Of a stretch of DNA of 64,000 bases, positions 46,755 to 58,889 are shown in pieces. Origin of the DNA: Octopus sinensis (Eukaryota); the NCBI RefSeq assembly GCF_006345805.1, contig NC_043006.1:63426001-63490000 (forward strand), given 5' to 3'. The stretch's first letter is position 1. Each line of letters begins with the position of its first letter. Both the position numbers and the translations under genes were made by a program. A model generated the notes under the pieces. The model saw nothing but the letters and a program-made list of their open reading frames with translations. It was not told the origin of the DNA and did no database searches.

Positions 46755-48120
46755 TAAGGTAGCGAGTTGGCACGCCGGGCAAAACGCGGGGCGGTATTTC
46801 GTCTGTCTTTACGTTTTTACGTTCTGAGTTCAAATTCCGCCGAGGTCGACCTTGCCTTTCATCCTTTCGAGGTCGATAAATTAAGTATCAGTTGTGTACT
46901 GTGGTCGATCTAATTGATTGCCCCACTCCCTCAAAATTTCGGGCCTTGTGCCTAGAGTATAAAAGAATATATATATCCTGTAAGGCGGCGTGCTGGCAGA
47001 ATAGTAAGCGTGCCGGGCAAAATATTTAGCGGCATTTCGTCCGTCTTTGTGTTTTGAGTTTAAATTCTTCTGAGGCCGATTTTGCCTTTCATCCTTTCGA
47101 TGTCGATAAAATAAGTAGTAGTTAAGCACTAAGGTCGATGTAATCGATTTACCTACTCCCGCGAAATATTTGAAACCAATATATATTACCTGTCTAATTT
47201 ATATGTTATCCGAGCCAGTGATAAAATGGTCAACAGAATATTTTACTTTATTCAGTTACGTCCTTTACATTACAAACTGATTTCAAACCTTACCGAAGCC
47301 GATTTCTCCTTTTATTCTCATTGGGTCGAACAATAAATTCCAGGTGAATAACGGTTTTTAATTTAGGCTCAAGGCCATACCTGGCAAATGATGATTGTCA
47401 TATAATCAACGACGGTTTACTCCCACGAATCGCACAGCCTATCTTATGTTAGAAATCATTATTAAAACCATGTACAAGATGGCCAGCAGGCAAAATCGTT
47501 AGCGCGCCGGGCAAAATGCTTGGCAGCATTTCATCCGTCTTTACGTTCTGAGTTCAAATACCGCCGAGGTCGACTTTGCCTTTCATCCTGTCGGGGTCGA
47601 TAAAATAACTATCAGTCTGGTACTGTGGTTGATGTGATCGACTAACCCCATCCCCCGAACTTGCTGACCTTGTACCAAAATTTGAAACCATTATTAAAGC
47701 CATGTACAAGGCGGCGTGTTGGCAGAACCTTTAGACAGTCGAACAAAATGCTTTGTGATATTCCTACCGATTCATTACATTCTGAGATCAAATTCTGCCG
47801 GGGTCAAATTTGCTTGTCATCTCACCGAGACTGATAAAATGAAATACCGGTTAAGTATTGGGTATCGATCTATCGACTAACCCTTTCCCTCAGAATAACT
47901 GGCCTAGTGCCAAAACTAGATTTATAATGGCTCTGAAGAGCTGTGATAGTAAGAAAGTTTAATGGAAAATAAATACAATATATATCTTATTTTCTAATAA
48001 GTGGCAAGCTGGCGGAATGCTTAGCAGCATTTCTTACGTTTTGAGTTCAACTTCTGCCACGGTCGACTTCCCTTCTTACCCTTCCGAGGTCGATAAGTTA
48101 AGTACCCATTGAGCACTAGA
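46755..48120 (+). mobile_element. Cluster of at least 5 head-to-tail SINE family B copies
   Basis: Heads at ~46755, 46980, 47477, 47708 and 48001, each followed by gagttcaa and the tttcatcctttcg domain or a variant. Confidence 0.8.
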
Positions 48121-49070
48121 GACATTTGGCTACCATTTCTAGTGGGTGGAATGATCACATACAGGCTCTTTGTGGATGAATTTTAGAATTGGTGGCCGAT
48201 CACACCCACATTTCAATAACTGAGTGGAAATAAAGAGTAAACCTTCAGGTTAGCATCACGCTCTAACATCTCTTAAAATAATTATACCCGGAACAGAATT
48301 TATCTATCTCTTACAGCATTTCTAAATTTACTGAATTGAAAAATGTACCTGGACGAATAAACAGAATTTTAATCTCTTTCATGGTGTGGATAATGAATTA
48401 TATTCTATATCAAACACTTTGCTCCTTCGTGGATAAAGATACTCCGCTTACATTACCTCTGAGCTAGCTATTTCTGATACGCGGATATCATGTGGCTATA
48501 CAATATGACCCTTTAAACAGCAAGAATAACATGTACTGGTGAGTGTTTCGCTATCTTCTAATTGTGTGTGTTTCAGTGCTTGAGTTTGAAAAAGACTTCG
48601 GGCATGAAATATCTGAATTGTCAGAACTGTTCTAAATATATTAACATGAACAAATCGATGTAAAACCATTATATTTACTTCAGTTGGGGTTCTTGAGGTT
48701 CACTTTTGTTCGGTGTGTTGGTTGTATTATGAATTGCAATCCCCCCATGCCGAGATACTAATCAGTTTTATATTGGATTTTCAGTGACAGCTGCAACAGA
48801 GTCAGATCTTAAAGCTAAGAAGGAATGGGCCTTAAACTGGCTGACATGTGCCTAGATAACTTACCTTGCATAAATACAACAATCTTACACGTTAATTTCA
48901 CGAGCAGGCTGTTTCGTTGATCGGATCAACCGGAACCCTCGTCGTAACCGACGGAGTGCTTCAAAAAAAACAAACTATTCTTAAAGAAACCCATTTGAAA
49001 TATAGCGAAGTGTTTCATTTTTGGAAATTCATCCAGGTGTAAATTCCAAAAAACAAAGTCTCATGCAAAT

Positions 49071-49283
49071 CTCTTTACTCTTTACTCTTTTACTTGTTTC
49101 AGTCATTTGACTGCGGCCATGTTGGAGCACCGCCTTTAGTCGAGCAAATCTACCCCAGGACTTATTCTTTGTAAGCCCAGGACTTATTCTATCGGTCTCT
49201 TTTGCCGAACCGCTAAGTGACGGGGACGTAAACACACCAGCATTGGTTGTCAAGCGATGTTGGGGGGACAAACACAAACACAT

Positions 49284-49314
<31 letters not shown>

Positions 49315-49463
49315 CATATATACGACAGGCTTCTTTCAGTTTCCGTCTACCAAATCCACTCACAAGGCATTGGTCGGCCCGGGGCTATAGCAGAAGACAC
49401 TTGCCCAAGATGCCACGCAGTGGGACTGAACCCGGAACCATGTGGTTGGTTAGCAAGCTACTT
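49071..49463 (-). mobile_element. SINE family A body and tail (host of E3)
   Basis: Near-identical to the empty copy at 13570-13967 up to ggttagcaagctactt. Confidence 0.93.
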
Positions 49464-51419
49464 TATTTCATAAGATTTGCCACTAGGGCAGTACAAAGTA
49501 GCTGCGGGCTGGACAATAAACATTAATGAATGATGGTGATGGACGAAGATGGTGATGGGAGAAGCCAAGAGCACCCGCCGACCCTCGCTTCTCTAAGACA
49601 TTGTTCCTTTTTTTTTTTTTAAATTTCACAAGAATTTCAAATTTTCTTTTTCAATACAATATAATGTTCAATGAGTCTATGTTACCCGGCCGACCAGCGC
49701 TCTTGCCTCAACGAGGCAATCATCGCTGGTCAGGTCGTGGTCTAGAGGTATAATTTGAAATGAGTCCATCGGGAAGGAATGCGTGACCCTGCCCAGATTA
49801 CCCCTCCCCATGACCTCCGCAGCCAGCTGCGAAGGCCACTCGGGGTCCTCCGTGCAGGATCGAAGTCCCTCCCAATGGCCCCGCTTTCTCATTTTCCTCA
49901 TCTCACCTTCCACTGTTCCACCTTTAAAAGAGAGGACCACAAATTGTTCTACAAGTTGTTCCTCGGGCGGCACACCCGCCTGAGAAGACTTGGGAGACGC
50001 CGTCTGCGTATCACAATCCGCCGGCGGCGTCCCGTTTCTCCTCTTCCTTTTCTTCTTTTTACCTTGGGCCGCGGGAGGTTGAGGTTGAGGTGTTGCACAC
50101 ACCGGGTTCTCTTCTTCTCCCGCAGCTTCCAGGTCTTTTGGTGGGTCGCCATTGCTCCCCACTTTTCTCTTTCTCGTTGAGGAAGTCGTTGCTTCCTCGC
50201 TCTGTTTCTCTCCCTCCATTGGGGAGCAGGGAGAGGCTCCGATATCAACTGCTCCAGGATCCTACTTTGGTCCCTGGGGCAGTTTTTCTTAATATGGCCG
50301 GTCTCCAGGCACAGGTGACACTTGGGGGGGCGTCCCTCAAGCATCACCGGATACCTTACCCGGCCATCCTCAAGAAGTCCGGCAAAACCAGACTTTTGGC
50401 TGATTGGGTCCATAGGGTCAAAATAGCTTTTGACCCCTCCCAATCAGCCGCAGGCTGTACTCTTACGTTTAGGAGCTTGGCGCTGCTACCACCCAGACCC
50501 CGGCGGATAGAGTCCTCTATCCACTCGGGTTCAACGCCGGGTGGTAAGCCGCAGATCCAAGCTCTCAGCAATTTTTGTCCCTTGTAATTAGGGAGGAACA
50601 ATATCTCCTTGCCCTCAATGGGCTTGCTTGCAAAGTCGCAAGCTGCTTTAGGGGAGTCAAACAGCAACCAAACCGTTACGTATTTGACTCTCCGTGCGAT
50701 GTATTTAACGGCTGGCATATAGCCTGCCAGCTCGTTAATAATAGTGGCCTTTGGAAAGACAGCTATGGTGTTGAGCGACTTTGAATAAGTCCTCAAAACC
50801 ACGGTCTTGTCCTCTAGATCTTTCAGATAACTTTTGGGAGGTGTCAACTCCCATATGGTGAACTCCTTTGCCATAACGAAAGTTCAAAAAACAGTTCAAC
50901 GTGATAAAAATAAAATAGACAAAAAAAAGGAGAATAAAAAACAGAACAGAAGGGAAGAAACAAAATTCGAAACAGCAGTTCAAAAAAGTTTTTTTTAAAT
51001 AAAAGATAGCAGAAGAGAGTTCAAAATCCAGGCAAAGGAATTAATTTTTTTTTTCTTTTTTCCCGGCCAAAAAGGTATTCCAGGCCACTGGTAATCCACT
51101 TGTGTTAATATTCTTGGTACTCCGTTGGTAACTCCGAAGACAAAGGCAATTACACACGTTACTTTTTGAGGTGGGGCTACACCTTCTCAAAAAAACACAA
51201 TACTCACTACAAAGTGACTACAGGCAGGAAAAATTGTTTGGAGCAAAGTGGAGTTTATTACCTGCTAAAAATTATTAAATGCTAAAAAACATTAAATGCA
51301 AGCAATAAACTTCACTAAGCTCCCAAAAATACAAAACGCCCACCTGTAGTCGAGTCAAAAGTTCAACAATCCACGTTAAAATACGTGACAACTGGAGCAG
51401 CCAAAAAAAACACGTCAGA
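49464..51419 (-). mobile_element. E3: ORF1-only non-LTR (Tx1/L1-like) element, 1956 bp, with a 16-bp TSD inside a SINE-A head
   Basis: GGTTAGCAAGCTACTT occurs at 49448-49463 and 51420-51435. Removing the element and one copy restores an intact SINE. The 5' UTR is ~545 nt, ORF1 spans 49677-50874, the 3' UTR is ~213 nt, and there is no ORF2. Confidence 0.92.
49677..50874 (-). pseudogene. E3 ORF1 (gag-like; RRM-like region, CCHC knuckle, conserved C-terminal domain), 2 frameshifts, ~400 codons
   Basis: Three overlapping ORF-track frames join: MAKEFTIWELTPPK...LPDFLRMAG / RYPVMLEGRPPKCHLCLETGHIKKNCP / ...SCTEDPEWPSQ...DCLVEARALVGRVT*. Confidence 0.88.
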
Positions 51420-51457
51420 GGTTAGCAAGCTACTTACCACACAGCCACTCCTGCGCC
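51420..51457 (-). mobile_element. SINE family A 5' end (A box) upstream of E3
   Basis: Minus strand reads ggcgcaggagtggctgtgtggtaagtagcttgctaacc. Confidence 0.93.
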
Positions 51458-51834
51458 TACATTTTCAAAACTATTCTATGACTAATCGATTTAAAACCAT
51501 TACATTTACTCGAATCATACTTTAAATTGTTATTTGTGTTAATTCTCCTGTAGTAAGGCTACACTAATTAACTTTATATTGGTTTCTTAGGGTATGCTCA
51601 GGGTCAGCACTTGACAGTTGTGAATTAGGAAACTGTTTCATAGAAAATTCTGTGTCGACTCACACTTGTAGCACCTAACGAGATGAATTTTGGAGTTGAT
51701 GGCTTACATAGGCTTTTAATCACAAAACCTTGATTTTCGAATGTCTAACTTCGTAGACACTTCTCTTACTGCCCGATTGAACTAGATTTTCACAAGAATC
51801 AATGCTCAGGTACTGTTGTTGTTGTTGTTGTTGT

Positions 51835-51866
<32 letters not shown>

Positions 51867-52399
51867 GCTGTTGTTGTTGCTGCTGCTGCTGCTGCTGCTG
51901 TTGTTGTCGTCGTCGTTTTTGTTGTTGTGAATGTTGTCACTGTTGTTGTTTAGCATCAAATGAACTTCAGTCAAACAGACTTGCAATCAAAGAATGTCCA
52001 GTCATGATTAACACGTCGCTTTTTACAAATATAGTATATTTCGGTTTGTATTATGCAATGTGTTCTTTGAAGACGATATCTGTGATTCGAAGGAGGTTTA
52101 AGCTGCTATACTTAGTAAGCCAAGCGATTACGCAGACAGGCTCTCTCGTTTAGTGCTTGAGTTATATTTCATGAGGTCATATATCTCTCCATAAATAGCA
52201 TAATGGTAAAGCATTGTGTATCTCACATTCCAAGAATAACTCTGTACTTATTATCAACTGATGCAACGAGAATTATTTGAATGCGCTGCACAAATATGAA
52301 ATGCCTAGAAAGGAATATCACAAAGCATTTTGTTCGACAGTCTAAGGCATAGAAAGGACCAAGAAGAAGAAGATAGGTAAGGCCAACTCATGGAAAGAC

Positions 52400-52560
52400 T
52401 ACCAAAAATACCAGAGTATCATGCTCGTTGATGCTACCCCCGGCGGCGAACTAGCATATCTTTTTAGGAAAACATTAGATGAGGTAAATCTACAGATTAA
52501 AGTAGCAGATAGGAGGCCAGGAAGTCCCATATAATCCGTTATCTGTAGAACATATCTATT
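52400..52560 (+). pseudogene. Possible PLE RT-endonuclease linker remnant
   Basis: YQSIMLVDATPGGELAYLFRKTLDEVNLQIKVADRRPGS resembles the FVxxTPGGxL..IKV.E..G linker seen in some PLE ORFs. No catalytic motif is retained. Confidence 0.45.
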
Positions 52561-52919
52561 CGATAGGTCCTCATGTACGGAGAACGCACAGGCACACACA
52601 GATACAGACCCAAACGCAGATAAGGATACATACCATAAAAAGACAGAATGGACTAAACATATCATAAGGAGACACGTGGGATGGTAAGTCGCTGACGAAA
52701 GATTTCCAGAAAATTGACATAAAATAGGAACAATAATAAACAAGTGAAGAATGAATATGTATTGTGTGTGTTTATCTGACAAGAAAACAATGGATTTCTG
52801 GGTCACACACTTATGTGCCAAGGTACTGTATGGTCACTGCTGACCGGGAAGCTTTACAACAGCGACTAAATGAAACATTGAGATGCTTTGGTACTTGTTC
52901 TAAATATGAGTTTCAAATT

Positions 52920-53110
52920 TTGGCACAAGGCCAACAATTTCGAGGGAGGGAATAGGCCGATGTAATTGATCCCAGTGTTCAACGTATTTTACCGACCCCG
53001 AAAGGGTGACAGACAAAGTCGACTTCGACGGAATTTGAAATCAGAACGTAAAGACCGACGAAATACCGCTAAACATTTTGCCCGGCGTACTAACGATTCT
53101 GCCAGCTTGT
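52920..53110 (-). mobile_element. SINE family B
   Basis: accgaccccgaaagggtgacagacaaagtcgacttcgacggaatttgaa...ctaacgattctgccagc on the plus strand. Confidence 0.78.
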
Positions 53111-54929
53111 TACCGTGTACTTGTTCCAAATATTGAATTCTCTCTCGTTGAAGCAAAACCACAATTTTGTAATCGACCCCAGTTACGAACGGTACTTAGT
53201 TTATCAAACACGAAGAGATGAAAATTCAGAATTTACTCAAGTGATTTGAAATCATGATATAGATGGACGAAAGTAAATTCTGTATGATAATACTCTGGTG
53301 TTTATATATTCTGCTACTTGAAATAGTAATAAAATTTCAACTCGCGCTAATGTCATACTTTGAACCTGTCATCACTCTCTACTTATTTGTATGTTTAAAA
53401 TAAAATATTTGAAATGTTCACACCTAGATGAGTATACGCCAATATCTTATATCCGAACATATTCTTTCATGTAATATATCCGGATCTCAAATATCCGGTT
53501 GCGTAGTGACAAGCGATACATCTCTGTATCATATACACGTCAAGATTCTTTCATGTGGTGTATCTGTATTTCATATAACCGGATACAATTTCCCTTGTGA
53601 TATATACCCAAAGCATAAATCCGGTTACATATATGTATATATGTGTGTGTGCGCGTATGTGTCCATATGTGTGTGTTTGTGAGTGTGTATATTCATGCAT
53701 ATATGAGTGTCTGTATATATATATACATATATATATTCATGTCTAATATAGATATTATGCGCATATAGAATATATATGAATATATATCTGTATATTATAA
53801 ATATATATACGTATTTATCTAGTATATATATTATTTACATATATATACATATAGAGATATGCGTATATATACGTAAGTATAAATGTATATATTTATATAT
53901 ATATATATATTATATATATCTGTATATATGTATGTATATATATATATGTATGTGTGTGTGGGTGTTGGTGTGTGTGTGTGTGTGTGAATGTGTGTACGTG
54001 TGTATGTATGTACATGTATCTACACACGCGCGCACCTTATTCACTTAAGTACAATGTACTCGCGGCTATAATACGACACCCACTTTTCTGTAGTCACACA
54101 TAATAGCTATAGTTCACATATATTTTAATCAGCATCACATCACTGCATATTTTAAAACACATAAAATTCAGTGATGTTTGCGTAAAAGCTATTGAGAGAA
54201 ATCTGTAACACACACACACTTAGACACACACACATATACACACACACACAAATACACATACACACACAAATACACACACACACACAATGAGTTTATCACT
54301 TCAAAAACATCAAAGACTTTTCCATCTGAACCTTCAAGTAATTCCAGCCAATCTTTCATTAGTGCCCTATCCATCCATTTCTTGCTTTTATTCATCTAAA
54401 TTTGTAGTTATGTTCATAGGAATATCTTGGTTATTTGGCATTACTAATGCCAGTCTTTGAAAAGCGTTTGGAAACCGTAGCTTTAGATAAAGCTTTTATA
54501 CTTCTTAAGCCCAGAAGTAATATAGCACTTCCGTATTATCTCTAGCTACTAATCTTTCATTTCATTAGCTGGCATCCATAATATCAAGTTTTGTTCAACT
54601 TCATCCTAAAATTCATAGGAATCAATACAAATCATTCATTATAGTGGACACGATTGCAGTTATTTTTAATCAGCCACTGTCTCAGCGCGTACTGACGGCA
54701 ATGCAAAAGGACTTGAGAGAAAATATGTCAATGTTGCCACTGAAATAAATAATGGTACTTCTCAGTTTTCAATCATTTTGCTTTAAAATTTGTGTTATTG
54801 TTGCTTAACCCTGGTTCTGCTTTTATTGCGCAGTTAAACTCTCAAAGACCCTCCAGCTTAAACTACCACGTCATATTTTTTTTAATATTGTGCATCTAGA
54901 ACTACATCATTGAATATATATATATATAT

Positions 54930-55216
54930 GGAGGCGCAATGGCCCAGTGGTTAGAGCAGCGGACTCGCGGTCGTAGGATCGCGGTTTCCATTCCCAGACC
55001 GGGCATTGCGAGTGATTATTGAGCGAAAACACCTAAAGCTCCACGGGGCTCCGGCAGGGAATGGTGGCGATCCCTGCTGTACTCTTTCGCTACAACTTTC
55101 TCTCACTCTTTTTTCTGTTGGCCTGCTCGCTTAGCCAGCGGGGTGGCGTCATTTGAAGGCTAAAACAATGCGAAGCAACATCTGATAGCCTGGTCGATCA
55201 CGGTGATCACGGTGAT
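54930..55216 (+). mobile_element. tRNA-head SINE family C, full-length, in (TA)n
   Basis: ggaggcgcaatggcccagtggttagagcagcggactcgcggtcgtaggatcgcggtttccattccc (A and B boxes). Ends gatcacggtga(ta)n. Confidence 0.88.
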
Positions 55217-56704
55217 ATATATATATACATATTAAGACAGTGATGTGTAATTTGAGGGTGTTTTGCTTATTTTTAACATATCCATTGACCCTGTAAATGC
55301 TCCGTCGTTGACTTGTATAGATTTATGTAATCAATATGCATAGCAATTTCTTAATGTCACAACCAGATTATGCTGCCCTCACAGACAATACTCTTCAAAG
55401 ACAATTATGAGCAATTTTGTACAAAATTTTCCAGCGAAAATGAAATTATAATTTAGTAACGTTCTTAATAAAATCTAGCATGGTTTTTAAATACAAACAA
55501 TGATTCGAGTAAATTAAGTTCCTTGTGATCTTAAGCAAATTCACATTTTTTGTTCGCCTAGCAAAATAACTTATATCATCTAAGATCGCAATTTTCCTGT
55601 AAAAAGGGCAATTTATAAACTAGGATTTTTATTGTTACTTTTACTATTAATGAACAATGTTTTCATTTATAAAAAAAAAACCAGCAGGAAAATTATAAAA
55701 TTATTTTCATATGTTTTAATCAATTTCCTTTGTAATATTATCCTACCACCTTGTGAAATGTTTTCGATGAAAACTTTCAAAGTAAAATATAAACTCTACT
55801 TTAATGGATCTGTTTGATCAACTACAGCAATTAGAGTGGAGAAAACACATTACTTCACATAATGTGAAATAAAAAAATAAAGTATTCACCAAAGATGTAA
55901 CAGCTACGATAACAGCCGTCTAACAAATCTTTCTTCTTCCATGTTGGGCATGGAGGAAGAATTAAAACTCTTATAAATGAATAGCAATACATTTCAAGTA
56001 AATCCACAGCACTACAACCACTTCACTTGAAATCAAATGTCAGCCATTGCGAAAGGCCTCTGCATAGTCACCGATCTGCTAACTATAGCAGTTACATTGG
56101 TCTCAACTTACACTCAAATATCTAATGAAACATTAAATATAGTAGTCTAAGATATATTATGAGCTCTACTTATCAAGGTTTACCTTATTCTAAACAGTAA
56201 TAGCAAAAAAGCTAATCATGAAATCAAATACTCAACTGGATGAAATATTTGGGATTAAATCTTACAATCAATTGAAAGGAGAAACCTGTCAAGTTTCCTT
56301 CTCCCAACAAAATGTGCCCAAACTTTTCCCGTTGTGTCTACATAAGCTTATAGACGATGAGAACCTTGTCATTAAGGTTGGTGATAAACTTCTACACTAA
56401 TTACACCTCCTGCTAGTACTAAGTATTAAGCCTAACTATTGAAAAGAACTTCAGCTTCCAATAAAAATACATTTGTGAATGGTACAAAACATTCATCAAG
56501 AAATAACAATCAAACTCCGTACCAGTATTACAAATATAGCAGCTAACTTTCTTAAATATAATGGTTTGTGAGTGAGGGCGAAGTGGAATTGCAACGGTGA
56601 TGTAATGAGAATGATTTAAAACTCAGAAATTCAGTGGATCCTCTTCAATAATCCTTCCTGCTATAGGTACAAAACCTGAAATTTTGCAGGGAGGAGATTA
56701 GTCG

Positions 56705-56763
<59 letters not shown>

Positions 56764-56766
56764 TCT

Positions 56767-56900
56767 ATTAATAAAGATGGAAAGACATCACAAAAACTGT
56801 TACTCAGAGTTTTACATTCCTGTTCATCAAAACTGTCCAATGAACGAGAACATGAAACTCTGAGTAACAGTTTTTGTGATGTCTTTGCAGCTTTATTAAT
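56767..56900. repeat. 134-bp foldback (MITE-like)
   Basis: attaataaag..aaagacatcacaaaaactgttactcagagttt and aaactctgagtaacagtttttgtgatgtcttt..ctttattaat form arms of ~60 bp. Confidence 0.85.
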
Positions 56901-56984
56901 GAAGCATATTACTCTACCTCCTATATTCGAGTACTATTTTTCCCACCTTGTTTCACATTTATGTGCTTACATGATACTTACTTT

Positions 56985-57090
56985 ATCAATCCCGAAAAGA
57001 TGAAAGGCAAAGCCAACCTCGGAAGAACTTGAACACAGAATGTAATGAGTCGGAAGAAATGGTGCTAAGCATTATTTCCGTCACGGAAAG
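56985..57090 (-). mobile_element. SINE family B fragment
   Basis: tcaatcccgaaaagatgaaaggcaaagccaacctcggaagaacttgaac on the plus strand. Confidence 0.7.
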
Positions 57091-58147
57091 GACCAAAATA
57101 TAGAAGCAAATACTGGCATAAGCAATTGAATTGAATAAATGGGACACTTCAACGCAGGTAATTGACAGATGACCAAAGATATAAAACATGGATACAGACG
57201 GAAATGTATGGTTAAGAAGTTCGCTTCGCAATCGCGTAGTTCTAAGATTTATCTTACTACAAAGTACATTGGGAAAATGTTTACTATTTTATCCTCTGGT
57301 CAAGCATTGTAAGTGAAACTGGATAGATGGAGAAATTGAGGAAGTCCATTAGAAGCACAGACTGAACTTATCCCTGAGCGAAAAAGATTTAACACCAACT
57401 CCTGACTGTTAGGTACCCTTTGCGTTATAATTATTGGGAGATTTTAAAGTCTAAAGATAATTCGATGTGCTTCTTCTTACTGCAGTAATCCATGGGCCGT
57501 GGTTCTTTCATCTCTATTTTTGCCATCAGTCTTAGAAAGCCTGAAAAGGTCATGGGTGTTGCTCTTTCTACTCAGAATGAACCTTTAAAAAGAATTATCT
57601 GAAAATAGAGAAATAGAAAGTTTAAGGGTGGAGAGATAAAATAGAAAGGAAAAAAAAAAAAAAATTCAGATCAATTTTCTGACCTTCATCAGCTTAACTT
57701 CCACAGTTTAAGACGCTGACGCCTATAAAACTGATAAAACTGTGCTGTTTAATGACTTCTACTAAAAACAAATTTGAAATTGGAAGAAGTTTGTGAATGA
57801 AACTTACTGGCACCAATCTAATGATATTGAACTGTCTTTTGATATCTCAACAAAGTTCGATTGTAATAGAAAAAAATAGACATGCATTAGTTGCTATATT
57901 TCGTAAGTCAGTAGATAATTGCCAATGAAAAAGTGTGTTTCTTCTACAGCGTCAATAGTTTAATCTCACTGAATCAATATTCGCTGATAACGTTTGTTTG
58001 CTGCGGCTGTTAGCACAGCGAAAAAGAGGAGTGTGTGTGTGCGTGTGGATGGGAGAGGGTGTTGGGGTATACGTGAGCGGAGTAGGGTGGAATGTAAGTG
58101 TGTGTGTATGCGTGTGTGTAAGAGAGGGAGTGTGTGTGTGTGTGTGT

Positions 58148-58237
<90 letters not shown>

Positions 58238-58794
58238 TGCTCCGGACATAGATATGGAGTGTGTACGAAATGTATGAGTGAAGTGGATATGCATAACTGT
58301 GTGTGTCTATCTGTGCAATTTATCGTATTTAAGGTGTATGTTATATGTGCGCTAGTAGATACAGTATGGCCGAATGATTAAGAAGCTAACTTTCAACCTC
58401 GCTGCGTGGTATCTTACGAGAATGTCGCTTCTTATGGCCTCAGTTGACCCATACTTTGTGATTGAAGTTGAGTAAATAGAAACTGTCCAAAAATCTCTCG
58501 GGGAACTCTATATGTAACTCAAAAAGCACAGCCATGTGATACATTGTATAACGTCAATTTTGCCAGAGAATTATGTTAAGTGCACGTTTCTGTAGAACAC
58601 TCAGCCCCTTAGACGTTAATTCAAGAGCAGATAATTTAGTTGATCGACCAACTAAATACTCATCGTCGAACGAGGGAGATCTACCACAAATACGTGTGCA
58701 TGCAGAATGTTATACGTATGTTAATAAATTACACGTACGAGTACCTATCCATTTCTGAGTGTATTGTAACAATCTATACACACATATATATAAA

Positions 58795-58835
<41 letters not shown>

Positions 58836-58845
58836 CGCGCGCGTG

Positions 58846-58889
<44 letters not shown>

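Noticed and set aside
54930-55005. tRNA gene calls for SINE heads (also 51420-51457, 19658, 37600)
   Set aside because: A and B boxes are present, but no complete cloverleaf forms and each head continues into a SINE body and tail.
57661-57700. CTGATGA plus 6-bp hairpin on the minus strand as a hammerhead
   Set aside because: It is followed by GAAT and poly-T instead of GAAA plus stem III and NUH, and there is no stem I.
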